Assembly: GCA_036172245.1 (NCBI GenBank)
Contig: JAYWIR010000022.1
Span: 2,046,001 to 2,110,000, forward strand
Direction of reading: 5' to 3'
DNA length: 64,000 nucleotides
Source of the DNA: Raillietiella orientalis
Lineage: Eukaryota
A program made the translations under genes and the position numbers. The notes below the pieces were generated by a model. That model made no database searches. It was not told where the DNA came from and was given only the letters and a program-made list of their open reading frames with translations. Of the stretch, positions 37,752 through 49,700 are shown in pieces. Every line of letters begins with the position of its first letter. Positions within the stretch are counted from its first letter, which is position 1.

Positions 37752-40700
37752 CTGGAAACGCGCGAGAGAGACCCCTCTTTCCCTCATGCATCCGACGCTC
37801 ACCTTTCTGTGGGACACGAATGGCACTTCCGCCCATGCGGTCAGGTCCATGGAGGGAATAACACCGGTACCGCACGCCACGCGAGGGTTTCTGAGGAAGA
37901 CAACACGCCGGTCGCACCTACTGCCGGCCACGCCCCCGTGCACGACTTACATCTCGTGATCAGGCAGTATCATCGGCCACAGCTGGACGGTCTCGACGAG
38001 GTCGGTGTTGTCACAGAGGATCCGCGCCAGACGGACCTTCCTCAACTCTTGAAGCTGCTCTGGAAGAGGAAGTAAAGGGGAAAAATCCTCCAAGTAGGCG
38101 AGCTGGCCGTTTCACGCGCCTTCATCAGGCAGACCGGAGCACTCCTTGAAGGGGCCACTCGCCCCGGAGAGAGGGCGCAGTCGGTCTGCGCAGGCCGCCG
38201 CCTCCATGGCCACGGGAGACGAGGGCGTCCGGTGCTGCGTTTCGGCAGCTGTTGCGAGAACGGGTTTTTGCGCTCGTCCCCTCCGTTGGCAAAGAAACCC
38301 TGCTTTGCTCAAACCGTTTCTTTCGCAAACGGCCACCGGTGGCCACCAAAGGTCTCTATGACTCTTCTCTCACCCTGGGCGCCATCTCTGGAGGTCAGAA
38401 GGGAAGCGAGGCGCGGTGAAGAGAAAGGATCCTTCTCCTCCGACCTAGGAGTTTCTGGCTGGCCACTGAGACCGTCTGAGGAGCGGCTCTTCGCGTCTCA
38501 GCGGGAGACGGGAGAATCATCTGCTGAGGAATTCGAACGAGGTAGCAGCAGCGCGCGTTCTCTTCAGCAGCTGCGAGCGCTAGCGTCCTCCAAAGATGAA
38601 CCGCCTCTGACAACCTCCTCCTCGGAAGCGCGCGTCTGGTGCCCTTCCTCGCCTCGACCACCAGCTTCACGGAATCCGTGCGCATTCAACAGGGCGCTGA
38701 AGAGCGGTTCCCAGACCCGGGACTTCGCCTACACTTCGAGAGGTGGAGCCGCCGCAGCACGTCTTGAGCCAGCCAGAGCCTCCCGAGGCGCGCGCACTTC
38801 CCGTCCCGCCGGCAGACTCAGACGCATCCTTTCGGGCTAGTTCGCTCTCCCCAACGCGGGAGAAGGACGCCCGGGTTTCCTCTCGCTCGTCGATTTTCGG
38901 TTCCTGCTTTCCCTCCCCCCCTTCCTCTTCCATCCATTGGGAATCTCTCGCGCGACTCTGGCCGGAAGGCAGCGCGACGCCTGAAGACGCGTCGCTCTTT
39001 CGGCGACACAAATGGTACTCTCCGCGGGGTTTTTTTTGCCCCTCGTCCCACCCCACCCTAGCCGGTTTCTCGCCTCCCATGCGCGTCCGCGTTCCTCGTC
39101 TCTTTCCTTTTGCGACAGCTGGAGAGAGCCGAAATCTCCGGGAAAGCCGTGGGCGTCCTCGGGAGAAATTCTTCTCATCAGACCTTTCGAATCGGCCGTA
39201 GGCGATGATGCTCAGCATCCGTGGATTCGTCCGTCCAGTTCCTGCACACACCTCCCAGGAGAGCAGGACAAGAGGCTCGCCAGAAGTAGACAGGAACAGC
39301 TGTCGGAATTGTAATTCCTCGATGGTTTCCCTCCTTCCGGCCCCCCCTACCACCACCTCCCCTCGCCATTGGCGACGTTCAGCAGGGGAGCGTCTCCTGG
39401 GGCGCATCGTGCCGCTTCCAGACCCTCTCCCCCGTTCATCCCGTCGGGTTCCTTCTGGAGAAGAAATTCCTACTAGCGGATCCTTTCCGGGTTCCCTTCG
39501 GAGAAGAGAAAATGAAGAGTACCACCCCCCTTCCGGGATGCTCCCTCCGGAGAGATTGAGGAATAAGATTTCCTTCGGAGACAACCAGGGTGGGAGATGC
39601 GATCCCCCCTGAAGGGGGTCCCATCCCAAGAGTGAGAGGAATGAACTCCGAGCCTTCCTGGATTCCCGTCGAGAAACGCCGCTCGTCCGTTCTGAACGCG
39701 AATTCGGTTTCGGAGGCTTCCCGGGAGAGGAGGTTGCGGTTTCCATCAGTCAAGTCCCAGCAGTGAACGGTTCATGACCTGCCGCGGCTCCCGAGCGTCC
39801 AAGCGGCCGAACTCAGCGGACTCGAGCGAAAGAAAGAGATGTGCTCTCTAACCCAAGCAGCAGCTTACCGGGATTTCGTTGGCGCGGCGAGAAATCCTGG
39901 AAGAGCTAAGCCCAAAGCGCCGTTGCCAAGAGCTGTCAAGCGGCGTGCTGTCGAAATCACACAGGATGCGTGGTCATTTGCCACCCTTTCCGCGTGAAAC
40001 GCAGAGAAGATATCTGGTGTGGAGATAGTCGATCCTGAACTTTCCCGGAACGCTCTTGCAGTCCACAAGAAGCACCACAGATTCGCGGCATCCCACCTAA
40101 CGTGGATGGCACCGACCGAAGCGCACCTCCGTCCTAAACGTTCCCCTTCCTCAGCTCCAGAGAAACAATTTCCATTCAGCTCCAAATGTATCCATCTCAG
40201 TTGAGAGTCTTCGGAGCTGCCTTGGAAACCACGAACGCCGTCTTCCGCCGCTGATCCCCATGTTTTCGTTCCCACGAACGTTCGGAGCTGCAGGGAATTA
40301 GCAGTGTTTCTCGTGAACCGCAAGAGCGTTCAGGGGAAGTTCGGGCTCGGACATCTTCACAGCAGCTCGCAGTGCGCCTCCTCGCTAACGTGGATCATTG
40401 TTGATGATTGAACCAGGAGGGAAGCATTCGTCGGGATGCCGCGCACCTTCGTGAAGTGCTTAGCTGCGCGGGCTGCCGCGTGCAGAGCATAATTGCGGCG
40501 CCACGACGACCCAGATGCGTGGCAGCCGCGCTAGCAGGGAGGGGGGCAGCTTCCCGGCCGGACCAAGGAAGGACGTCTCGAAACTACCAGGAAAGGAGGA
40601 AGGCGCAAATCGCCTCCTCCGAGACCATGGATCACCTGCACCCGTCGAGCGTGGGGGGGAAGGGAGGAACGCACCGCGAACGGCAGGCGGGTCGATGGCG

Positions 40701-43700
40701 CAACCCCGTTCGCGTGTGCCTTCCGCATTTGTGGCGTGGACACTGCGAACCTCGAGGGAACAGAGGTCCCTTTCCTACTGCCCCTCCCCCATGATTCTTG
40801 TCTTTTACTTCACGTCATTGGTCTTCCTCTCTCGGTTTTCTCTTTTCTTTTTCTTCAAGTCAAGCGAGATGTAAGTCCTTTCGTTGAGATGGGTTCCTCT
40901 CTGCATCCACCCTCTTCACGACGATCCAGGTACGGCGCCTCTCTCGGAGACAACGCGAAAGAATCCGGAAGAATGTCCGAACGAAGAGGCAAGACTGCGA
41001 GAACGGTCTTATTCAGGGGATTCGTCTGAAGGAACGACGAATGCGATTGCTTCACACACCGCAGAGCCATCCAAGGGCTTTGACTGCAGGCGAAAAGAGG
41101 CTACCGCGAAACTACGAAAGTCTTGCAGGGTTGAAGACGCAAGAGAGGGAACGCGTCACGGCCAGGGCAGGTTGGGGATGCGGGTCAACCTCCCTGGCAC
41201 GGTTCTTCCATGTTCAGGCAGCTTGCACGGAATCCCCGGGCACTGAGTGTTTGGGAAGCGACCCGCAGTCGAGGGTGAACGGCGGGCGAAACACTCGCGG
41301 AAAACCGCGCGGGGGGAGGCGTCGGGAAGGTATGCTGCCCCGTGGCGTCACGGGCAGCGCGGAAAGGATCGGTTTGAGGCCGGAGCGATACGTCCGACGC
41401 TAACGGTACGGCCGAAATCCTCTCCGGAGATCCGGACCGCAGCTCCTTTGTGCGTTGCCAGCGGGAGGCGAGCTCGCGCGAGCCGGGCGCAAAAAATAGC
41501 TGAAGATCCGGACAAATCGTTCCTTGGAGCGGTGTCGGGAAGAGACACGCGGGCGACCAGGCGCGCGCCCTTCCAAAAGGGGAGGATTCGTGTCATTGGG
41601 AATTCGGAAAAGGGAGGAGAGGAGGAAGGGAGACATGCGCCCGTGGTACTGCGACGGAAGGATACTCACGAGGTGTGAAGGAAGACGGCTGGTTCGGCAA
41701 CTCGTACCAGAACCTGTCACCAGCTCGCAGGTTCTTAAACTGTGTGGCGATGAGGCAGGCGAACGTGGGTCCGAGTAGCCCACCTGGCATGGGGATCTCC
41801 GACACCCCTCCAGACCACAGATCGATGTCCAAAGGAGAGCTGGCAAAAGAAAACAGGCGTTCTGATTCCTCAGGGAGAGCGATTCTGGGGGAGACATCCA
41901 GCCACATCCATCAACGTCTCGAAAGAGAAACGGGCGTGGATTTCTTCCCTCCCTCCCCCTTCCTTCCCCACCCACATCTTGGGAGCCATTTGCCGGACTT
42001 TCGGGACTCCGACAATCAAAGGAGAACGGAACTTTGCCTTGCACCGAGATCCTCGTGGGACGTTCGGGAAAGGAGCGACGGCGGCGAAAGAAGAGCGGCT
42101 TGCCCGGGTCTCCTTTCGTTGGGGTTCCCTTTGGAGCAGCCCTATGCACTCCTGGTTACTGCCGTGGCGAGCCCGGGATGCCACTCTTGGACGCACTGCG
42201 CGAAACACCAGGGTTCCAGAGGAGGCCTCGTTCGTGTGGTGGACCCACGCGGTCCACTTGCTTTCCGTCCTGGACGACACGCGAATCCCGCAAGCAATCA
42301 GGGAAGAGAGCAGAGAACCAAGACAGGAAGGCTGACTTGGAAGAGAGGGGGGGGGAGGCGCCTGTCAGCCTGTCAGCCATGCACCTCGACCCGTCCGTAA
42401 AGAGCTACGGGCATCGCGCCCTGGAAAACCAGAGGAGCTCCTCCTCAAAGTGGCTGCCCACGTGCCATCTCGCCGCTTCCTCGGGAAGGTCAGCATAGGT
42501 CGCTTGCAGAATAGATGTTCTCCGTTCCTATCGCACTGTGTGTGAATACCGTAATACTCGCGCAAGAGGCCTTCGAGAGAAGAGTTTCGCTTTTCCAGTG
42601 CTCTCGTGGCTAAGCTCAGGTCGAACAGCCCGACTACATATAGGTCAAATTGACCACTCATCCTTATCACAGTGAGGTCGACCTTGTGCATGATCTCAAT
42701 GATGCTTGGATCACCCATCACGCATTTCAGAAGGCGCATTTGTTTGTGTACCGTGGGGCAGTCGATCACGAAATCTTTTTCCTCAGTGGACACTGGCATA
42801 GCAATTGAGATTTCACAGTGAGGGCAGTTTACGATGTCTAACGCGAACACTCCTAGTGCTTGCACGTGCTCGACGAGATCCTGCAGCTGCTGAGGAGTGC
42901 TCACGTGCTTTAAATTGGTCACATGTCTAGGCTGTTGCTGAACGCAGGACGAAACTGGAGGATCGAGATGAGTTTTCGGTAGCCAGAAATCGTCCAGCAT
43001 ATCCTTGTACTCTTAGAATTCATGGGTCCCGGAGATATCGAGAAACTGTATCTGTCCGCGAGAGCAAAAGGTCTCTGACACGAGTATTTGCAGCTCTTAG
43101 CACCACTTCTGTGCAAGGTCACACAACCCGTAGTACAGGAAAAAGAGAATGGTCTGTGAGCTTCCTTAGCTTCTTCTTTACTCCTCAGAAAGGAGGTTTC
43201 CCTGGTGAGATGGCACAAGAGGGGACTGCTCCCTTTTCGTTTGTTTGTGCGTGTATTGGATGTCTTTCCTCTGTTGAGAATGTCTTTTGGAAATGATTCA
43301 GGACTTCAGCGGACGAAAATGGCCATTGGGTGAAGCGCATTCTGTTGAACACTCCGTGACAGTGCACACTGGGAGCTCATGGTATACTACAATGCACTGC
43401 TGTAAAGCAAAGGACTGTTTTCGGGAGTCCACTGCGAGCTCCCTCTCAGAGGGATTCCCTCCGGAGGATGGATCCCCCCCCAGGCGATGGCGAGAAGCTT
43501 CTCACCGTCGCCCTGGCTTTCCAGGAGAATTTTCCAGGCACCCTTCACGATGGAGTGCGGAAGATCCCAACGATTTCCCGCCCGAAAACAGGTAGGGCGG
43601 TCGGAGGCCTGGGAAACAGGCTGGAAGTCGACCCCCTAAATGAGGATGACGTCTCAGCAGCGCCAGGAAGGGGTTCTCGTCGCCACTGCGCATCCAGCGA

Positions 43701-46700
43701 GGACTTTGAGTTTTCAAGGTCTCCAAGTCCCCAGCCGCTTGGAAACGTGATGACGTTCGATGGCATCCACTTCCGGTCACGCAGACGGCACCCCCAAACG
43801 TCGATGGCACCAACCAGAGCAAGCGCGCCTCCGTCCTGAACCTTCTCCTTCCTCAGCTCCAGAGAAGCAACCTTCATGCAGTTCCAAACGCTTCGTCTCC
43901 TATGAGAGTCGTTGCCGCTGCCTGGGAAACTACGAACACTACTCTTCCGTCTCTCATCCCCATATTTTCGTTCTTCTCCTTCCTCCCCCTTCCTCCTTTC
44001 TTCCAAACCGAACTCGTGGATAACTTCAGGAGGAGGACGACAAGAGTGTCTGAAACATGGCCGTTCCTACATTGGAGAAACATTTCTTAGTGCATCGTCA
44101 TCGCGCCAACGTTGCAACCCGGTACACCAACGCCGTCAGGTGGCTCCTCCAAGTTTGACCACGAAAGTCCCCGGCAACCACAGCTCGCGGGAGCCGAGTG
44201 GAAAAGTTGGAGCACAGAATCGTGGAACGGAAGCAGGCAATTTCCGTTCCTTCTCGAAGTGGACTCCCGAAACAGGTCGCCTCGGAACTGCCCATCGGTC
44301 AAGAGACGAGTGCCTCGCTAAGATGATCAGCAGAGTCAGGGCTTTCCCCCATCGAGCGATAGTCCCTCCCCGAACTCACTGGAACGAGAGCAACGGATCT
44401 GCGCACTAGAAGAGCTGGAGAACGGAAAGAACCGCCGAGATCTCTCTTCTCCCCCCCTCCCCTCGGCTTCCTGCATCCGCGTTCCCGGAGCCCTTTCTGC
44501 TCGATCCACGGCCCGCACGTAACCTGCTACATGCACCGCTGCAGAGGCAAACCGGCGCTGCGCACGCGGAGGCGCACCTGACGGCAACGCGGCGCGCGTT
44601 GTCGCGCGCGCCGTGCTCCTGGCGCGGGAGGAGAAGAGGGGAACGGAGTGCCGAGCTACTGGTCCGACATCCGTCTCGATCCTGAAAGAAGTCTGGGTCT
44701 TCCCCTGCAGAATCAGGGAGGGCTTTGATGTCTCGAATTATGAGGGGGTGGCTGCCATCTCGCAGGAGGGGGGTAAGAGGAGGGAAGAAACTCGATGAAC
44801 AGAAGTCAATCCCTTCCAAGTTTCTCGCGGACTTGGAATACAGGGAAGGTGCGAGCGGCTGGCAAGGGAAACTGGGCTGGACCAGCGAGAGGGAAAGCAT
44901 CGAAAGCGAGCGAAGCCGAGAAGCTCTTGGAGAATCTCGAGACCCTCCTCGGTGAAAGGTTTGAGGCTGGCGACCCCTGGAAAGAACGGCCTTGCTGGCT
45001 CCCTTGCATGCGAGGTGGACGGCAAAGGAGCCCAGAGGGGATCTCCACCTGACTCCAGCGGCGAAGTGGCCTCCAAGCTGGGCTGACTGGCGCCTCGCGA
45101 CCGAGTGGTCCCGAGGCGCAGGGAATTTTCGAGGACCGGCTTTTCCCCCCTCCCCCGAAAGAAAATTCGCACCAGGGACAGTACATAGCGGGAGAGATCT
45201 TCTGAGATTTGAAGAGGGAGGGGGGGTGAGTGAGAGCAGCAGGAGAGGGGAGACTCCGAGAGGAGGTTCTCAAGTGACTCTCCGTCTGGAGCTTAGCGCT
45301 CTCGATCAAAGAGGGAACGAAGTTTCCCGTTGGGACGAGGCGGGAGACGGCAAAACGGGAAGCGAGAAACCGGTTCCCGGAGAGAGCAGCATCCGTCTGG
45401 AGAGCGAGAGATCGTTCCGGTCGCCGTGGCAACGCGGAAGGGCGGAAGCTCATGTGAGATACGAAAACTCCGGCGGGGAACCCTGCAGGTGTCCGCAAGG
45501 CAAGAGCAGGGTCTGCGGCGTTGAAAGTGCTGCGGAGAGGTCAGCGCACCTTCCTCGGGAGTGGCTCGGCAGCTGCAATAAGAGCCTTCGCGAAGCTGTG
45601 GAAAATGTCTCCGGAGAAAGATCTCCTTCGGAAAGAGAGGCTAACGGAGAAAGCAAACAGGGAGCGTTTCTAGGAGCTCTCGTCCGCCGCCGCACTCGTG
45701 CAGGAGAGGCGCGAAAGGGGGCATCTCTCGAGCATGGACCAGCCGCAAGTGCAGAAATTCAGCCCGACCGAGGACATTCTCTCTTTTCGGAGCAGCGGGC
45801 AGCACTCGAGAGAAATGGATGATACTCACCAAGGAAGGAGTAAGATGTAATCTTTCAAGGTCACTCAAAGATCAAGTTTCTCCCTCCCTCCCTCCTCCCT
45901 CTCTGTCTCTCTCTCTCTCTGTCTCTCTCTCTCTTCGACTTACTTGTACAGGTAGGAATATCGAACCACGGTAGCATTGGGGAATATCCCCAAGGTCACG
46001 CACCCTTGCCAGGTCGTCGATATGGGGTACCCGCAGTATTTCCTACGGAGAAACAGACATTTCTCAGAGATCTTGGCAACAGAGCGAGGCTCGATTGAGG
46101 GTTGAGCGCTCAGTTCCTCCCCGCACGGGGACGAGGAAGGTTTGAGGGGGGCCGCAACGCTGCCTCCCTTGACAAGCAGCGAGTCTCGAAGGCGGACTTG
46201 CTGCTGGCCCTTAACCGAGTTCAAGAGAACAGCAACTCAATGCGCTCGCTAACCGCATTCCGGGGCTGCCGCGCACTTTCGGCACGGGAAGGGCGCAGGC
46301 AGTGAAATGATTACCGGTATGTCATGAACCCGTGGATCCCGAAATCCCGGTTCCTTTGGAGGTTGAAGGCTGGCAGGTCCATGCCGAAGGGCTCGTTAGG
46401 TTGTTGAAACAGGTGGTTGATGACCTGAAATGGGATGGGATCACTTTTCTTTCCTTGAACTCATTTCCGGGCGGGCTGGAGGTGCAAGGACAGGAGCCAC
46501 CGTCCACGACTAGCTCGAAACCAAGAATATCCGGGAGCCAAATGCCAAGAACAAGATGTCCACAAGAAAGCTCCGTTGAATAAAGCATCGGTGGATGACC
46601 CAAGAGGTTTTCGTGCCTTCAGTTCGCCCGAATGAACCAGAAACAAGACTCCCACGGGTCGCAGCAGATGCCGGAGCCTGGTCACGGATTCGAAGCAGTC

Positions 46701-49700
46701 AGTCTGGAAGCTCGCGGCAAAAATCCGCGGTCCCGAACACAGACCAGTCTTCGGAGCGAAAAAGTCACTGCTTTTCAGATGGCCCGCACAACTTCCTTCC
46801 CCATCCGTCAAAATCACCAACTAAACGATGATGCTTTGACGATGCTTCCAGCCTTCAAGTATTGGATGACTCTTCACTCGGTTTCTCCTCTTTCGATTCC
46901 TGCTGCATCATCGGTGAAGCTCAGGAAGGAGAAAGCTCGGCGAGAAGGAAGGAAGCGAAGCACCTTGCAAAGAACGGCGGAGGCCCCTTGGCTAGAAAGA
47001 GCACTGGCAGTGGGTAGGTCAGCATAAGATCTGGACCGGAAGACCTGAGAAACGCGCCGGCCCTTGCTTCAAGGGAACTCGTGAGACTGCTACTGTTCGT
47101 GGGCGTAGGGAACGATTCGAATCCGCCAGTAGCCTTCAGCACCTCCCGAATTTCCGCAGAGAGCAGGAGAACCCCATTCCTTCCTTCGATCGGATTCCGG
47201 TGAACCCTCCATCCTGCTTGCATCTTGCAGCAAGAGACTGAGTTTGACTAGAGGAAAGTAGCGAGAGCCAGGTGGCAAGGTCCTGTGCGTTCCCGATATT
47301 GCACCCATGGTCCGTATCAGCGAAGATTCGCAGATGATGATGGACGAGATGATGTGGACCAGATGGCGAGAAAGCAGGCTCCACGAGGCTCGCCGCCGAT
47401 CATCCGAAGCGCAGGAAGGGCAGCTTCACGACGAAAGAGGCCTGCAAGCGATTTCCTTTCCTCGGGGGAGGGAAGGAGTAGGTTTGGCCGGCGGAGGTCC
47501 CACGAGGTCGCTTTCCGGCGGGAACTTTCAGGCACGGCTGAACTCGAAACCACGCGGGCCGATTCGAGCCACGGGAGGAAAACGCCGCTAAAGCGCAACG
47601 GCACGCGGCACGCCCTTGCCCCATACCCCTGCTCTGGACGCAGCGGAAAGCCGGACGACTGACCGAGCTGTCTCCGGAGGTCAGGACGAGGCGCCTAAAT
47701 TCCCGGAAGGCGGAGGGCACACCAAAGCGTGAAGAACGAGGCGAAAAAGAGGCTGCTTTGTTACGGACGAAACTGCCCTCCAGCAAAAATAAAACGAAAT
47801 TCCCGCACCCGCAGCCTGCAAGTCAGAACGTGGAAGCGAGCCTATTTCTAGGGGGGAATCGCATGACGATGCCCAGGCACCGAGAAAGCTCGCAGAAGAC
47901 GTCGGCGAATGACTTAAGCGATTCGAGTAGCTCCGGGTCGGGGCCAGACCAATCGGAAAACCCCTCGCGTGGATCAAAGTGGACGCGAGAACCATACCAA
48001 AGTGGCGAGTCCAAATGAATGAATCAAAATGAATTCTTCCGAGTGATCGGTTCTTAATTTCACGCAGTCAGCCGACGCTCCGCGTGATGCTGGGTGAATC
48101 GGTCCATTGCTGGAGGTGCATTTCAGTTCGGGTAAAGAACCGCAAAGCGAAAGCACCCGAAAAATTGGTGAAGCGCAGGCGCCAGAGTTGGAGCGCCTGT
48201 GAGTTGGCACCTACCTCCTCTGTGACAGTTTCGTCCATGGCTTGTGCCAGCTGGTTTAGGAGACCCATGACGTACTCATCGTAAACACCAGGCTTCTGCA
48301 ACTCGAAGGGCCTTCGAATAAGAGTGGCCAAGTGACGGGAAGCTGGAACGAAACCAGGTCAGAGTCCTGCCATTCACCAAACAATTACTCCTTTGCAGAG
48401 TGGATCTCTACGCGGCGGCTCTATGAAAGGCAGACCTTCGCAAATGCGAATCCTCAGCCTTCAGGAAGGATTGTCTTCCGGACATCGAAGCGAACCAGGA
48501 AGCAGACCGAATGGAAGAACTCGGAGTAAATGAGGACGCTACTGCGACCACGGTGTTTAACAACAGCTCCAAGCTTCTCCAACCTCTTGTTTATGCGTGT
48601 CATCTTCCTATATCTTTCTCCAGGAAGGGCAGCAAGAACCAAGACATGCATACAAGCAGTATGGCAGCGTCCACTTCCCTGCCTTGCCCAAGTCGTGGGG
48701 GAAAGGAGAACGCACCTGCCACAACCCGCGATGTCACTTCCGCTACATGAGAAATTCTTAGACGGTCGCATCTTGGATCGTGCGACCAAATGAGCGAGTC
48801 GACAATGATGGCGGTGCGCTCCCGCTGTCGGCGTCTTCCACATCTCGAACGCAGACTCTCCGAGACGGCATTCAGAGAGGGATCATGGCTCCTCTCGCTC
48901 TTGGGGCCTGGCACAAATGCAGCGGCCATGCCGAAACTCAATCCGTCCTTCTCGGTGTCGGGAAACGAAAGGTCCCTCTGTCTCCCCCGTTCCCTGTCGA
49001 ACTACTCCCGACGGCAGAAGCGTTTTCGCCTCGGAACCCAGCCCCCTCTTCGCTCCCGAAGATGGCGCAATTTCAAAATTACCGCCTCACCCCCTGTCTC
49101 CCAAACGTCGCCATATGATGGGTTGCCTCGCTCACACGAGAACCGTCGCTTCAAGCGATGGTTCCGAAATCCGCAAAGGATGAAGAGCATTTTTCTCGAA
49201 CTCACGGGGTCTATCTATCTTTGCGCTCTTCGGGAGCGCAGTTACCTTCTCGCCCTTCTCTAGTGCAGCAAAAATCCCCAAGGCATCGGCCTGCTTTCTA
49301 GAAACGCGAATCCTCTTCCCTGAACGGCACCCCGGCTCCCTTGTCCTTACTCTTCCTTTTGCTTTTCCTCTTTTCATGCAGTCCAAGTGGAGTTTTCAAG
49401 GTCGGAGGGGTGATAGGATCGCACTTCTACTCTTCAGCTCCTCAACAGCACCGGAACAAATGGATAGGAGTAAAAGGGAAAAAATCGTCTGGCCTTGAAG
49501 GAGTTCCCCAGCACGGGTTCTGCTAGGGGTAGGCGTCACCCCAATCACAAGCGCCAAACCAACCACAGTTAGGCCTTCGAGAATATGCCCCCCCCCCCCC
49601 CCCACACACACACACACACACTTTCGCTTTCCATCCAGGCGGAAGCCGCGCCATCCAGAACGCGCGAGTATTTCGGTAACAGGTGGATCCACTCACCAAT

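Noticed and set aside
38667..39746. 359-aa ORF, and similar long ORFs at 33204-33992, 44992-45822, 58041-59012, 58379-59194, 59732-60751 and 60923-61693
   Set aside because: Arg/Gly/Pro/Ser-rich translations with no recognisable domain, overlapping on both strands; expected from stop-codon scarcity in very GC-rich intronic or repeat DNA.
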